Origin: Octopus sinensis
Taxonomy: Eukaryota
Reading direction: 5' to 3'
Assembly (NCBI RefSeq): GCF_006345805.1
Contig: NC_043010.1
Coordinates: 38,006,001 to 38,070,000, forward strand
Length of the DNA: 64,000 nucleotides
Under the pieces are notes generated by a model that was given only the letters and a program-made list of their open reading frames with translations, was not told the origin of the DNA and made no database searches. Below, piece by piece: positions 63,172 to 64,000 of the stretch. Made by a program: the position numbers and the translations under genes. Positions within the stretch are counted from its first letter, which is position 1, and each line of letters starts with the position of its first letter.

Positions 63172-63400
63172 GGCGAGCCGGCAGAAACGTTAGCACGCTG
63201 GGCGAAATGCTTAGCTGTATTTCATCTGCCGTTACGTTCCGAGTTCAAATTCCGCCGAGGTCAACTTTGCTTTTCATCCTTTCGGGGTCGATAAATTAAG
63301 TACCAGTTACGCACTGGGGTCGATGTAATCGACTTAATACCTATGTCTGTCCTTGTTTGTCCCCTCTATTTTTAGACCCTTGTAGGCAATAAAGAAATAA
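63172..63400 (+). mobile_element. SINE family B (ggcgagctggcagaa..GTTCAAATTCC..cctttcatcctttcggggtcgataaa..); representative CpG-rich copy
   Basis: Other copies at ~270-475(-), 7700-7935(+), 13497-13728(-), 17135-17345(+), 43700-44600 (several), 46170-46740(-) and 49275-49475(+). Confidence 0.9.
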
Positions 63401-64000
63401 GAAAACTCTTGCGCAAGTTACCAACAGTGGGACTGAATCTAAAACCACTTGGTCGGGAAGTAAATATCCTAAAACACACTCACACGTGCGCGCGGCAGAG
63501 AGAAAAGGAAAGAGGGGGGGGCCGTTAGGATACGTTCAGGAAAAAAAAGAGAAATTGCTGGAGTTGATTTGTTCGACTAAACGCTTCAATTCAGTGCCCC
63601 AGTATGGCCGCAGTCAAATAACTGAAATAACTAAAAAAAAAAAAGAGATATTTTTATATGGAAATTTTTTGGTAAGGTTTTTAAAATTAAAATCTTCAAA
63701 AATAAAATAACAACTATTTTTCTATTTTATTAATCATGTAATTAATAAAATAAAATAAACTTTAGTTACAAGTTTTTCAAGAGAAAACCTTTTGTATGGA
63801 TTTTCCAAAGTCTTAAAATATGGCTTAAAAATCGACGACGCAACGATATGATCTAAGGTAGCTAACTCCCGTAATACAATTTTTATTCAATGGGAGTTGT
63901 TTCCCTTGGAAGGCATATCTGCGCTGTTTTGAAAATGCTTATCTGATTGGGGTTTTTTCAGACAATTTTCAATCTGTCATACTTTTGAGGCATTATTGTA

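Noticed and set aside
60463-64000. Final MGAT1 exon (expected ..GVPR..Y.G.V.F....R.V.LAP..W.GY...W)
   Set aside because: The candidate acceptors read by hand (e.g. 60560, 60650, 60680, 61030) give no such peptide; presumed downstream of the window.

Overview
AT-rich, microsatellite- and SINE-dense eukaryotic DNA. The repeat families look like those of octopus/coleoid cephalopods; this is recognised from pattern, not by database search. One gene spans almost the whole window on the + strand: MGAT1 (GlcNAc-transferase I). Ten coding exons (4251-4346, 9696-9813, 36752-36923, 38724-38832, 40677-40815, 42325-42459, 50598-50688, 54251-54355, 58502-58592, 60292-60462) join through GT-AG introns with matching phases into 1227 nt / 409 uninterrupted codons. 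The last ~35-40 codons were not found and probably lie beyond 64000. The introns hold a 5'-truncated Tx1/L1-type LINE, an RTE remnant, at least five SINE families, piggyBac/hAT/mariner MITEs, Helentron-like elements and local tandem and inverted duplications. Most unexpected are at least seven short head-to-head fold-back (hairpin) structures. Three of them come from three unrelated families that each carry a minimal type-I hammerhead-ribozyme core of the Penelope-like kind. One of these families has a tRNA-derived head, so it is a SINE-like element carrying a hammerhead. All RNA structures were derived by hand and are untested. Repeat boundaries are approximate (about +/-10-20 nt) unless TSD/TIR coordinates are given.
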